Source: Planctomycetota bacterium
Lineage (GTDB): Bacteria > Planctomycetota > PLA2 > JAEUHO01
Reading direction: 5' to 3'
NCBI GenBank assembly: GCA_965223505.1
Contig: CBDCWP010000009.1
Location: forward strand, 13,233-77,232
Length of the DNA: 64,000 nt
The notes below the pieces were generated by a model that was given only the letters and a program-made list of their open reading frames with translations, searched no databases and had not been told where the DNA came from. The first letter of the stretch is position 1, and every line of letters begins with the position of its first letter. Below are positions 1-9,739 of the stretch, piece by piece. A program made the position numbers and the translations under genes.

Positions 1-309
1 CAGCGCCGCGAATCGTACGTCGCGGCTCGGGTCGCCGAGCAGCGCGAGCAGGGCGTCCCCCGCACCGTCCGCGGCCGCGCCTGCACGCAGCAGCTCCCCG
101 ATGGCGAATGCCGCGGCCGCGCGGTCGGGCGCGGATCCGGTGCGGGCGATCGTGATCCATTGGGCGAGCGACCTGGCGTCGTAGACGCGCGGCAGCGTCG
201 GTGGCTCCTTCGCGAACGGATCGGCGCCGCCGGACGAGGTCGACGCGCCGTCGCCGCACCCGCCGCAGGCCGCGGTGGCGATCAGGATCGGGATCGAGAG
301 CCGCCTCAA
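1..309 (-). CDS. HEAT-repeat lipoprotein (3' end runs off the window)
   Basis: Translated by hand from TTG at 309, which overlaps the stop of the upstream gene: MRRLSIPILIATAACGGC...RAAAAFAIGELL...LLALLGDPSRDVRFAAL. Lipobox-like N-terminus and HEAT-like helices. Confidence 0.6.
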   Translation of the reverse strand, partial: MRRLSIPILIATAACGGCGDGASTSSGGADPFAKEPPTLPRVYDARSLAQWITIARTGSAPDRAAAAFAIGELLRAGAAADGAGDALLALLGDPSRDVRFAAL

Positions 310-2480
310 CGAACGACCCTCAACCACATGACCTCCGGCGGCGCGTCGTACGGCTTCATGGGCCACGGCGTGTTCGCCATGCCCAGGCCGATGTCGCCGC
401 GTCGATGCACGACGCGCACCTCCACCTCCGGCGGCTTGTCCGGATCACCGAGCGGGAACCGGCAGGTTGCCGTACGGGTCTCTCCGGGCGCGAGGCGATC
501 GTCGACGAGGGTCTCGGCGTCGAAGGCCCACCAGAAGGCGGGTCGTCGCGACGACGGCTTCAGCGTTCGAACGCCGAGCACCATGCCCGCGGGGTTGCGC
601 CAGTTGCCGGGGGCGAGCTCGTTGCTGGCCGCGTCGAACTCGGTGACCCGAACCCTGTCGCTCTCCGGCGTCGGCGCCAGCCAGCGGCCGTCCTGCATCG
701 CCCAGACGCCGACGACGACGTGCTTCGACCAGGTGCCGGTCGGGATCTTGTGGCCCGCGCCGACGTTCGTGAGGGAGACCTCGACCACCCACTCGCGCTT
801 GCGCATGTCGACACGCTTCTGGACCTCGAGCTTGATCGCCTTCGACGCGAAGGACGGCTCGGTGCCCAGGAAGCGATGACTGTGCATGTCCGACGGGTCA
901 CGGTGCAGACCGTCCCAGACGATCTGGTCCACGAGCGTTCCGTCTTCGGTGCGCGTCGTCGCGCCGGGCATGTGGCAGTCTTGACAGCTCTGAACGGGCC
1001 GGTCTTCGCTCCCGCGGGTCGTGATCCAGCGCAACCACTCTTCGTACGTGTCCACCTTCGCGAGGCCGTTGTCGCGCCAGCGGCCGCCGCCCTGGTGGCA
1101 CCCCGCGCAGAGCTCGCTGGTGGCGAAGATCGGGTTGTAGGCGGCGCCCATGTACGGATACGCCGAATCGGGTAGCGTTCCGAACACGTGATGAATGGCG
1201 CCTGGACGATCCGACGACTTCGGATCCGGGCGCAACAGGCTCAGGGATCCCTGCACCCCGCTCTCGCGCAGATCGCCGACGTGGTGGATCTTGTGGCAGA
1301 AGTCGCAGTGGTTGCCGGCCGCCGCGCCGCGCGGCCAGTAGCGTCCTTTCGGCTCGGAGACGGCGTGCGCCGGCTGGTGGCAGCCGCGACAGTCGTCCGG
1401 CGCCTCGGGATCGTTCGCCAGCATGCGGTCGCGTTCCCAGTGCACCTGTCCGTTGTCCGCCATGCGCGCGTGGCGGCTGCCCACCCACTCGTCGTAGTGC
1501 CACGAGTGGCACGTACCGCACGCCATCGCGTCGTCTTCGTCGACGTCCTGTGCGGCGTTCTGCCAGACGTAGCCTGGCGTGTCGTCGAGGCTCAGCCGCG
1601 GCAGGCGCACGCGCACCGTGCCGCTCGGAAGGTCGTCCGCGAAGAAGACGCGCTCCGCGTTGCGATGATCCATCACGCCGGCGGACACGATCTGTGCGAC
1701 GGGCGCGTCGGCGCCGGTGAAAGCGAGCGTCGCGCTGCCGTCGGCGGCGGATACCACGCGCGTGTGCGCCTTGCCCTTGATCTGAACCAGCGCGCCTCCG
1801 ATCGGCGCACCGCTCTCGTCGGTGACCTTCACGCGGAACGTGTACGACTTCGACGGCGCGAGTCGCGCTAGCGCCGGGGTGACTGGAATCTGCCCTCGCA
1901 AGGCCGCGTAGGCCGGGCGTTCGCCGTCCGCGCGAACGCCATAGGCCTTCAACCAGAGTTCCGGCGCCTCGTGCGCCATGTAGATCGCGCTGACCGAGGC
2001 CCCGTCGTCGGAGAAGGTCAGCCGGCCGACGCCGTCGCTCGCCGCCCGGTAGCGGATGCCCAGGCATCCCCACGTGAAGGTCGCAACGGCGCCTCGAAAC
2101 GAGTCCGGCGATCCGGTGATGACGCCTTCCCCGAATGCAACCCAGCCGCCCCCCAAAACCTGCTTGTCGACGCCGTGGATCTCCACGACGAAGCGACCAC
2201 CGCGACGCCGCACCTCCATCGCGTACGCGGCGCGGGACAGCCAGTACTTCGCCGTCACGACGGGCCCGGTACCGGGCGGGTCGGGCACCTCCGTCCACGG
2301 CATGCCGCGGCGCTCGAGCTGGGACGTCCAAAGCGCCACGTCTTCCGCGGGCGCGAGCTCGCGAAACTCCTCCCGTTCGACGAACGCGTCTTCGCCGCAC
2401 CCCAGTGTCAATACGCACACCGTGAGGCCGAGGATCGCGCCGAGGACGATCGAGTAGGACGTCGCGCGAACCGTCGGCAT
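306..2480 (-). CDS. Multiheme (5 CxxCH) cytochrome c lipoprotein with a carboxypeptidase-regulatory-like domain
   Basis: Lipobox LTLGC; motifs CGTCH, CRGCH, CDFCH, CAGCH, CQDCH; VKVTDESGAPIGGALV beta-sandwich start; C-terminal NVGAGHKIPTG typical of c554-like multiheme proteins. Confidence 0.85.
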   Translation of the reverse strand: MPTVRATSYSIVLGAILGLTVCVLTLGCGEDAFVEREEFRELAPAEDVALWTSQLERRGMPWTEVPDPPGTGPVVTAKYWLSRAAYAMEVRRRGGRFVVEIHGVDKQVLGGGWVAFGEGVITGSPDSFRGAVATFTWGCLGIRYRAASDGVGRLTFSDDGASVSAIYMAHEAPELWLKAYGVRADGERPAYAALRGQIPVTPALARLAPSKSYTFRVKVTDESGAPIGGALVQIKGKAHTRVVSAADGSATLAFTGADAPVAQIVSAGVMDHRNAERVFFADDLPSGTVRVRLPRLSLDDTPGYVWQNAAQDVDEDDAMACGTCHSWHYDEWVGSRHARMADNGQVHWERDRMLANDPEAPDDCRGCHQPAHAVSEPKGRYWPRGAAAGNHCDFCHKIHHVGDLRESGVQGSLSLLRPDPKSSDRPGAIHHVFGTLPDSAYPYMGAAYNPIFATSELCAGCHQGGGRWRDNGLAKVDTYEEWLRWITTRGSEDRPVQSCQDCHMPGATTRTEDGTLVDQIVWDGLHRDPSDMHSHRFLGTEPSFASKAIKLEVQKRVDMRKREWVVEVSLTNVGAGHKIPTGTWSKHVVVGVWAMQDGRWLAPTPESDRVRVTEFDAASNELAPGNWRNPAGMVLGVRTLKPSSRRPAFWWAFDAETLVDDRLAPGETRTATCRFPLGDPDKPPEVEVRVVHRRGDIGLGMANTPWPMKPYDAPPEVMWLRVVR

Positions 2481-2489
2481 CCGCCCAGG

Positions 2490-3662
2490 TTACCCGCCGA
2501 CCATGTCGAAGAAGTCGTCCATGTAGACGACGTGATCGAACTGCTCCGAGAAGCCGACGTCTTCGAGCTCCGCGTGACCGATGAGCCGGCTCTCGAGCAC
2601 GACGCACATCGTGTGGGCCTCGAGCCGCGCCTTCAAATGCGCGAGCTCCGTCAGCGGCACGAGGGGGTCGTACACGCCGTTCATGAGGAAGCAGGTGACC
2701 CCCGTGAGCGGAGCCAGGTCGACGTCGGGGTCCGACGGCGAAAACGGCCGCACGTAGGGCCAGGCATCGTCCATGATCCCGGCTGCTGCAGCGGCTCGTT
2801 CCTCCGGCGATGCGATGACCAACCGCGCGTACTCACGACCCTCGTTCGTCAGCAGATCCGACGGAACGAACGACGGCATCCAGGCCTCCTCGAGCCAACC
2901 CTTGAGGCGCACCCGGTCCCATGTGTTGCGCACCCGCGCCGGAAGCGCGCCCCGAAAGAGAACGCTGCGACACAGCTCCGATGCGTGCCTGCGCTGGTAT
3001 GCGAAGTCGCCGCGGTTCGAGCCGTCGGTGATGTCGTCCGGGAACCACTGGGTGGTCGCCACACGACGTACGTCGTCCGGGGCGCCGAGAACGAACATCG
3101 CGCGCAGTCCCTGCCCCCCATCGGCGCGAAAGCCCGCCGCCGCGCGGATCGCGATCCCACCGCCCACGCTGATGGCGACGACGCCGATCCGGTCCGCACG
3201 CGTGCGAGGAATCGCGCCGTGCGACACCGCGTGCAGCAGACGCACGAGGCGCGCGACGTCGTGGTCTCCGTCCGGCGGCGACGTCAAGAGCTGGATCTGC
3301 GGGGCCACGACCACGAACCCCGCGTCCCGAAACGCCTCGACCGCCTGGATCACGCGACCGTCGTCGATGCCCTTGGGCGTGATGCCGTGTAGGAAGACCA
3401 GGACGGGGTGCCGGCCGTCGTCGTCGGGCCGAGCGATCCACAACTTGCGGTAGCCGAGCTCGGCTTCGGCGTCGGTGCGCAGCGTGAACCCGGGCAGCAC
3501 GCTTGCGTCGTCTGGGACGGGGCCCGAGGTCATGGCCAGCAGGCAGCGTAGCGCGCCCAGCCGCGGCAAGGCCGCCACGGCGCCGAACGCGAGCGCGAGG
3601 GCGACCAGCAGACCCAACGCCTGGATCGTTCGGGATGTCCAGCGTCGGTTCGGCGCGCCCAT
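2490..3662 (-). CDS. Membrane-anchored alpha/beta hydrolase
   Basis: N-terminal TM helix, VFLHG, nucleophile elbow AISVGG, YDPLV, GH. Start uncertain (3662 or 3704). Confidence 0.65.
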   Translation of the reverse strand: MGAPNRRWTSRTIQALGLLVALALAFGAVAALPRLGALRCLLAMTSGPVPDDASVLPGFTLRTDAEAELGYRKLWIARPDDDGRHPVLVFLHGITPKGIDDGRVIQAVEAFRDAGFVVVAPQIQLLTSPPDGDHDVARLVRLLHAVSHGAIPRTRADRIGVVAISVGGGIAIRAAAGFRADGGQGLRAMFVLGAPDDVRRVATTQWFPDDITDGSNRGDFAYQRRHASELCRSVLFRGALPARVRNTWDRVRLKGWLEEAWMPSFVPSDLLTNEGREYARLVIASPEERAAAAAGIMDDAWPYVRPFSPSDPDVDLAPLTGVTCFLMNGVYDPLVPLTELAHLKARLEAHTMCVVLESRLIGHAELEDVGFSEQFDHVVYMDDFFDMVGG

Positions 3663-3702
3663 CGACGCCCAGTATGCTGACTGCCGACACGGAGAGCGAA
3701 TC

Positions 3703-4653
3703 ATGCGTACTTCGAATCATTCGATCCTGGCGTTTCTCGTTCTGGCAGCCGGCGCGACGGCGTGGACCCTCGTTACGCCGAGTGCCACGTCCGCCGACGA
3801 GTCGGCGACGAAGGACGCAGGCACGATCGAGGTCGAGTTCGTCCGCGACATCGTCTTCGGCAAGGGCGGCGACGTGGAGCTGACGCTCAACCTCGCGCGT
3901 CCCAAGGGACTCACGAGGCCCGTGCCGGCGATCGTCGCGCTTCACGGCGGCGGCTGGGCCGCGGGCCGCAAGGAGCAGCTCGACGCGATCACGCGGTTGA
4001 TCGCCAAGGAAGGCATGGTCGCCGTGACCGCCCAGTACCGACTCGGACCCAAGCACGCGTGGCCGGCCCAGATCGAGGACGCGAAGTGCGCGGTGCGGTG
4101 GCTGCGCGCAAACGCGCAGGAGTGGAACGTCGATCCGGAGCGGATCGGCGCGATCGGGTTCAGCGCCGGCGCCCACCTCGCGCTGCTGCTCGGAACGATG
4201 GACCCGCGGGACGGTCTGGAGGGCGCGGGCGGCCACGCCGACCAGTCGAGCAAGGTGCAGGCGGTGATCTCGTTCTTCGGGCCCGTGGACCTCGACCGCA
4301 AGGGCGACGACGCGCGCGCCCAGATCGAGAAGCAGGTCCTCGCCCGCGTGCTGGGCCCCAAGTTCGCCGAGGACCCGGCGGCGGCGAGCCCGATCACCTA
4401 CGTCGACAAGGCCGACGCGCCGATTCTGATGTTCCAGGGCACGCGCGATCCGCTCGTGAACCACGGCCAGGCCGTTGCCATGCTCGAGAAGCTCAACGAG
4501 GTCGGCCGGACGGCGGAGGTGGTGTTCCTCGTGGGGCTGGGCCACGGTTGGCGCGAGCCCTATCTGACGGACACGTACAACACCAGCCTGCGTTTCGTCG
4601 ATCGTCACTTCCGCCCGGAGCGGATTCCCTCGATTCAGATCGACCGCAGGTAG
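3703..4653 (+). CDS. Secreted esterase/lipase (HSL/BD-FAE-type alpha/beta hydrolase)
   Basis: Signal peptide; HGGGW, GFSAG, GTRDPLV and GH catalytic motifs. Confidence 0.85.
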   Translation: MRTSNHSILAFLVLAAGATAWTLVTPSATSADESATKDAGTIEVEFVRDIVFGKGGDVELTLNLARPKGLTRPVPAIVALHGGGWAAGRKEQLDAITRLIAKEGMVAVTAQYRLGPKHAWPAQIEDAKCAVRWLRANAQEWNVDPERIGAIGFSAGAHLALLLGTMDPRDGLEGAGGHADQSSKVQAVISFFGPVDLDRKGDDARAQIEKQVLARVLGPKFAEDPAAASPITYVDKADAPILMFQGTRDPLVNHGQAVAMLEKLNEVGRTAEVVFLVGLGHGWREPYLTDTYNTSLRFVDRHFRPERIPSIQIDRR

Positions 4654-4662
4654 ACCCCCCTC

Positions 4663-4690
4663 TTGACGGGTTGGGGGCCGCGCCTAGGAT
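4663..4690 (+). promoter_or_regulatory. Sigma70-type promoter of tRNA-Leu
   Basis: TTGACG-16 nt-TAGGAT ending 16 nt before the tRNA. Confidence 0.6.
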
Positions 4691-4706
4691 CCCAATCCGA
4701 CCTGAA

Positions 4707-4793
4707 GCCGAAGTGGCGGAATTGGCAGACGCGCATGATTCAGGTTCATGTGTCCTCACGGACTTGTGGGTTCAAGTCCCACCTTCGGCACCA
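4707..4793 (+). tRNA. tRNA-Leu (anticodon CAG)
   Basis: GCCGAAG...CTTCGGCA acceptor stem plus encoded CCA; D arm GTGGCGGAATTGGCAGACGCG; anticodon arm CATGA-TTCAGGT-TCATG; long variable arm; GGTTCAAGTCC T arm. Confidence 0.97.
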
Positions 4794-4954
4794 TCCTCTC
4801 CGGGGGCTGTCCGGCCCGGCGTAACGCCGCCGTCTCACCCGTGGTGCGGGCGGCACGACCCGTGGACGTCACCTGCATCGCGTGCGAATCACTCCTGTTT
4901 CGTCGCGCGTGCACGGCGCGCGGGCTTCTCTAGGATCGACCGCGGAGGTCGTCC

Positions 4955-6229
4955 ATGCGCACACTGCTACTCTCCGTCGCCGTACTCGGCATCTGCGCGG
5001 TCGCCGCGGAGAGCGCACCCCCCAAAGGGGTCGTGCGCGCGGCCCGCGCCTATTTCGATCCCGATGAAGACCGCGGCAAGGCGCGGCTGGCGATCCGAGC
5101 CTGGCTCGACGAGGGGAACGACGCGCTGCTGAGCGACATGGACTGTCTGCGCAACTTCGTGTACCAGTCCCGCACCTTCGACGAGCCGATGTCGTCGAGA
5201 GACTGGCGGATCGAGAACGAGGTCAGTTCCTACAAGAAACGCGGCAGCCGGTACCGCATCACCTCCGAGACGCTCAACCTCGTCTACGCGACGCCCACGG
5301 CGTCGAGCTCGCGCATCGCGAACCTGCACCGCATGCCGCGGCCGAAACCGTGGCCGGTCCTGGTCTCGCTCGTCGACGAGGAAGCGATGTCTGCAAAGGA
5401 GGCGCCCGGCTTCGCGCTCCTGAAGCGTCGCTACCCACGCGCACTCAAGTCGTTCATCGAAGGGCGCTACACCGTGGTGCCGGTCGCGCCGCGCGCCAAC
5501 TACTTCGACGGCGACGGCGAGCTGCGCCGCTCTTTGATTCTGTGGCCGATGATGCGTGTCGCCCGCGAAGCCCACGTCGACTTCGATCGCATCGTGCTCG
5601 ACGGCGAAGACGCCGCGCTGGCGTTGGCGTCCACGTCGGGGTCTCTGTTCGCGGGCATCGTGCTGCGCGGTGGATCCCTCACGAAGGAAGCACGCGCGAC
5701 GGTGCGCAACTTCGCACACGTGCCCGTGTACGTCATCGGCGCTGCGCATCTCGCGAACCAGCTTCGCGCCGCGGGTCACCCTTCCGTGGCCGTCGGGACG
5801 GACGAGGAATTGCCGGCCTGGGTCGACGCGCGCTGGCGAACGATGCCCAAGGCGTTTCGTTGGACCTTGTTGGGACCGCAGCACCAGCTCGCGTGGTGGA
5901 TCAACATCGATGTTCTCGCGGCCGGGGCGACGCGCGCGTCGCTGAACGTGGAGGTCGTCGATACGGAGCGCGATCCCAACACGATCCGGATCGAGGCCCG
6001 CGGGGTCGAGCAGATCTCGCTCTTTCTCAACGACGAGATCGTCGATCTCGATCGTCCGGTCCGGGTGGTCGTCAACGGACGTGTCGTGCGAAATCAGCGG
6101 CTCGTGCGGTCGTTCGATGCGTGCTTCAGCCACCGGCCGTTCGAGGTGCGGGACTCGATGAGCTTCAGCTTCCTGTTTCCGGCGCATCTTCAACGACTGA
6201 GCGTGGCAGCACCCGCAACCGCGAAGTAG
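4955..6229 (+). CDS. Exported hypothetical protein with degenerate hydrolase-like fold
   Basis: Signal peptide; VDFDRIVLDG strand but no GxSxG; C-terminal NTIRIEARGV...VDLDRPVRVVVNG beta domain of the kind seen in esterase-like proteins. Confidence 0.6.
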   Translation: MRTLLLSVAVLGICAVAAESAPPKGVVRAARAYFDPDEDRGKARLAIRAWLDEGNDALLSDMDCLRNFVYQSRTFDEPMSSRDWRIENEVSSYKKRGSRYRITSETLNLVYATPTASSSRIANLHRMPRPKPWPVLVSLVDEEAMSAKEAPGFALLKRRYPRALKSFIEGRYTVVPVAPRANYFDGDGELRRSLILWPMMRVAREAHVDFDRIVLDGEDAALALASTSGSLFAGIVLRGGSLTKEARATVRNFAHVPVYVIGAAHLANQLRAAGHPSVAVGTDEELPAWVDARWRTMPKAFRWTLLGPQHQLAWWINIDVLAAGATRASLNVEVVDTERDPNTIRIEARGVEQISLFLNDEIVDLDRPVRVVVNGRVVRNQRLVRSFDACFSHRPFEVRDSMSFSFLFPAHLQRLSVAAPATAK

Positions 6230-6246
6230 CGCTACCATCTGCCGTC

Positions 6247-6738
6247 ATGGTGGACGCACAGACAGGCTCGGTTCTTCAGGTCAACGTGTCCGACGGCGGC
6301 GCGCCGAAGCACCCGGTCGAGAGCGCACAGGTGACCGAGTTGGGCCTGGTCGGAGACCGGCAGCGAAGCCGCGGGCACGGTGGCCCGGAACGGGCCGTGC
6401 TGCTTCTCGGCATGGATCTGATCGAGGCGCTACAGGCGGAAGGGCATCCCATCGCACCCGGTACGACGGGTGAGAACCTGACGCTCGGCGGCGTGGACTG
6501 GTCCGCCGTCACGCTCGGTTCGCGGTTCGTGTTCGAGAACGGCGTGGAGCTCGAGGCGCTTTCGTACGCGGCGCCCTGTGCCCACATCGCCGGCTCCTTC
6601 CTCGACGGCGACTACGAGCAGGTCGACGCGCGCATCCATCCCGCGCGCGGACGGATCGCGACGCGCGTCTTGACACCGGGTGAGATCCGCACGGGCGAGT
6701 CGTTCCGTGTGATCGACGAAGACGTGAAGACCGCATGA
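6247..6738 (+). CDS. MOSC domain protein (YiiM-like)
   Basis: GLVGD, HGGPERAV, GENLT, PC motifs; ATG at 6247 in the 5350..6738 frame. Confidence 0.85.
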   Translation: MVDAQTGSVLQVNVSDGGAPKHPVESAQVTELGLVGDRQRSRGHGGPERAVLLLGMDLIEALQAEGHPIAPGTTGENLTLGGVDWSAVTLGSRFVFENGVELEALSYAAPCAHIAGSFLDGDYEQVDARIHPARGRIATRVLTPGEIRTGESFRVIDEDVKTA

Positions 6739-6850
6739 ACGCCGCCGAATCGCCCTCCCCAACCGGCTGTTCCGATCGGATTCGGGAATTACGCTTCGTC
6801 CGGTCGTTGGTGTGACAAACGGGGCGAACCCCCGGGGAGGGTTGATCGCG

Positions 6851-7255
6851 ATGGATGAATTCCTGAGCTTGGTGACGTCGAAGCTCGGCACCGGCACCGA
6901 CGCGGCGAAGTCGGCGACGGGCGGCCTGCTCAGGCTGATCAAGGCGCATGGTGACAAGTCCGACGTGAGCGAGCTGTTCAGCAAGCTACCCGGCGCCGAG
7001 TCGCTCCTCGGCGAAGCGCCCGAGATGGGCGGTGGCGGTGGCGGCGGGCTGCTCGGCAGCATCGCCTCGGCGGTCGGAGGTGACGCGGGCACGGCGCTCG
7101 GCGCCGTGGAGATGTTCTCGAAGAGCGGGTTGAGCCTCGACAAGGCTGGTTCGTTCGTCGACATGTTCAAGGACTTCGCAATGAAGCACGCGGGCGAGGC
7201 GTTGATCAAACGCTTGCTCGCGAAGATCCCGGGGCTGGGAAGTCTCCTGGGCTGA
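6851..7255 (+). CDS. Small Gly-rich helical protein (DUF2780/DUF937-like)
   Basis: GGAGG RBS before ATG 6851; LFSKLPGAESLL...GGLLGSIASAVGG pattern. Confidence 0.65.
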   Translation: MDEFLSLVTSKLGTGTDAAKSATGGLLRLIKAHGDKSDVSELFSKLPGAESLLGEAPEMGGGGGGGLLGSIASAVGGDAGTALGAVEMFSKSGLSLDKAGSFVDMFKDFAMKHAGEALIKRLLAKIPGLGSLLG

Positions 7256-7273
7256 CGGTTCGCTTCGATGCCG

Positions 7274-9700
7274 CTAGAACAACGGCGTGGCGATGCCGTC
7301 GGCGTCGACGGACCACGGCGCCCAGGCCAACGAGACCGGGTCGACCGAGATGTCCGACTTGCGCGGATGGAGCGGCGTCTCCTCGAGCTCGAACGACGTG
7401 GGTTCGATGGCGCCTTGCAGCTCGTCCAGCTCGGTCTTGAACGACGCCTCGAGCTTCATGAGTGCCGCGCGTTGCACCTTCGCGTCTTCCTTCGCGCGCT
7501 CGATGTCGGCCTTCTCCTTGCTCGCGCGCCCGGCGCTGCGCATGGTCGTTCCCGCACGTGAGGCCGTCCCGACGCCCCGTGCCCGGCGACCGAAGAGCGC
7601 GCCGAGGATGGTGGTGCCGACGGAGATCCAGGTACTGCGCTTCTGCGCCTTGTACTGCTCTTCCTCGCGTTCGATCTTTTCGTCCGCCTTCCGAATGCGC
7701 TCCTGGATGCGCGCCAGCTTGGGCTCGTAGCGTTTCCTCAGCTTCTCGATCTGGACGTCGCGCTGCTCGCGAGCGATCTGCGCGATGCGTCCCCGGAACG
7801 CGCCCTCCGACTCCCCCACCTCCGAGTACGCCTTGTACGCGCGGCAACGCCACAACGGCATGGCGTGTTCGCGGTAGAGGTGCGACTTGAGGCTGCGCGC
7901 CCACGACGCGTAGCTCTTGGGTTGGGTCGCCGCGGAAGGCAACTTGGCGAACGCGGCCCCCTCTTCGGGCTCGAGCTCGGTGTCCGGCGTCGCGTCGAGC
8001 GCGTTTGATCCGCCCCACGGGTCCACACCGATCTTGCCGGTGCCCAGGGGCGCCATCGTCGCCAGCTCGCGCCAACGGTCGATGCCGCGCGTCGCGTTGA
8101 CGAAGTGCAGTCTCCCGCCCGCCATGAGCGTCGGCCGGTACAGGAGCGTTGTGTCGGCGGTCAGCGACTGCGTGCGCGTCAGGAAGGTCTCCGGCACCTT
8201 CGGCGGAACGATGGGACGCTTCTCTTGCGGCTTGCCCTCGGCCTTCTCTGCCGGCGTCGCCGTCGCGGCGTCAACGGCCGCCTTGCGGTCCGCCACCAGG
8301 GTCTTGATCTGCGCGCGGGTCAGCGGGCCCCGCAGGTACGACATCGCCCATCGGGTGTGGAACACCGTCGGCGCGCCGTCATGGACGTTGTTCATCAGGA
8401 ACACACGCCCCTGCAGGCCCGACAAGGTCGCCTCGACCCTCTGCCGGTCGAAGCCCGCGCCGGTCGACGAGGACGCGCCCTCGAGCCCGTCGAGCACGCG
8501 CGCCTTGTCCCGTTCGGTCTGCAGACGGCCAAGGAACCAGGTGCCGGCGTTCGACAGCGCCTTGTAGTCGAGATCGACGGGGTTCTGCGTCGCCAGCACC
8601 GTGCCCAACCCGAACGCGCGCGCTTGCTTGAGCAGCGTGAGCATGGGCGTCTTCGACGGTGGGTTCGCGGAGGGAGGCAGGAATCCGAACACCTCGTCCA
8701 TGTACAGCAAGGCGCGCAGGCTCGTCGATCCCGACTGCGTGCGCATCCACGCGACGACCTCGTTGAGCAGGAGTGTCACGAAGAACATGCGTTCCGCGTC
8801 CGAGAGGTGTGCGATCGACAAGATGCTGATGCGCGGCTTGCCGTCGGGTCCCCACATGAGGTTCTGAACGTCGAGTGCCTCCCCCTCCATCCACGCACTG
8901 AATCCGGGCGACGCGAGGAGGTTGTTGAGCGTCATGGCGAGCTCGAATCGGTCCTTCGACGGGAAGAACGACTCGAGATCCAGGACACCGATGCGGTCGA
9001 AGGAGGGCGCCTGGATCTCCTGGATCATCGTGCCGAGATCGAGGTCGCGGCCTTTGCGCCAGGCGCGGTCCAGGATGTTCGACAGCAGGATGTGCTCGCG
9101 GCTTCGAATCGGATCTGCGTCGATGCCGAGCAGCGCCAGGAGTCCCGACACGGATGCCATGACACGCTCGCGCATCGCGTCGGCGTCCTCGAGCAGCGCC
9201 GGCGGCGGCGCTGCGAACGATTTGAGAATGGTGATCGGAATGCCCGCGCTGCTGCCGGGGGTGTAGATCGTGACGTCGGCGGCGTCACGCAGCCGCTGGA
9301 TCCGCGCGCCGTCCTCGCCCCAGCTCGCCAACCCCTTCGTCCAGAGGGCGGCGCGATCCCTTGCGTACTCCGCCTTGGTCATGCCCTTGCGGGTCGCTTC
9401 GCCTTCGTCCACCCACGGCAGGAAGTCCTCGGGTCGAAGTTGCGGAAACGTCAACATGAGGTTGCCGATGTCGCCCTTGGGATCGATCGCGATCGCGGGG
9501 ATGCCGTCGATGGCCGCTTCCTCGAGCAACGACACGCACAAACCGGTCTTGCCGGACCCGGTCATGCCGACGCAGACGGCGTGTGTCGTCAGGTCCTTCG
9601 CGTCGTAGAGCAGCAGATCGTCGGTGATCTCGCCCTTGTCGACGTCGAAGATCTTCCCGAGGTAGAAGGCCGCCGCCTTCTCGAATGCTGGCATCGTCAT
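7274..9700 (-). CDS. HerA/FtsK-superfamily ATPase (DUF87-type) with C-terminal coiled coil
   Basis: LTTHAVCVGMTGSGKT Walker A, IDPKGD, LYMDE Walker B, ATQNP; charged coiled-coil C-terminus. Confidence 0.85.
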   Translation of the reverse strand: MTMPAFEKAAAFYLGKIFDVDKGEITDDLLLYDAKDLTTHAVCVGMTGSGKTGLCVSLLEEAAIDGIPAIAIDPKGDIGNLMLTFPQLRPEDFLPWVDEGEATRKGMTKAEYARDRAALWTKGLASWGEDGARIQRLRDAADVTIYTPGSSAGIPITILKSFAAPPPALLEDADAMRERVMASVSGLLALLGIDADPIRSREHILLSNILDRAWRKGRDLDLGTMIQEIQAPSFDRIGVLDLESFFPSKDRFELAMTLNNLLASPGFSAWMEGEALDVQNLMWGPDGKPRISILSIAHLSDAERMFFVTLLLNEVVAWMRTQSGSTSLRALLYMDEVFGFLPPSANPPSKTPMLTLLKQARAFGLGTVLATQNPVDLDYKALSNAGTWFLGRLQTERDKARVLDGLEGASSSTGAGFDRQRVEATLSGLQGRVFLMNNVHDGAPTVFHTRWAMSYLRGPLTRAQIKTLVADRKAAVDAATATPAEKAEGKPQEKRPIVPPKVPETFLTRTQSLTADTTLLYRPTLMAGGRLHFVNATRGIDRWRELATMAPLGTGKIGVDPWGGSNALDATPDTELEPEEGAAFAKLPSAATQPKSYASWARSLKSHLYREHAMPLWRCRAYKAYSEVGESEGAFRGRIAQIAREQRDVQIEKLRKRYEPKLARIQERIRKADEKIEREEEQYKAQKRSTWISVGTTILGALFGRRARGVGTASRAGTTMRSAGRASKEKADIERAKEDAKVQRAALMKLEASFKTELDELQGAIEPTSFELEETPLHPRKSDISVDPVSLAWAPWSVDADGIATPLF

Positions 9701-9739
9701 GAAGGCTCCTCCGGGCCGGCCCCGGATTATGCATGAGCG

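Noticed and set aside
4707..4954. tRNA-Leu as an island integration site
   Set aside because: No integrase, no duplicated tRNA 3' end seen, and no evident compositional shift.
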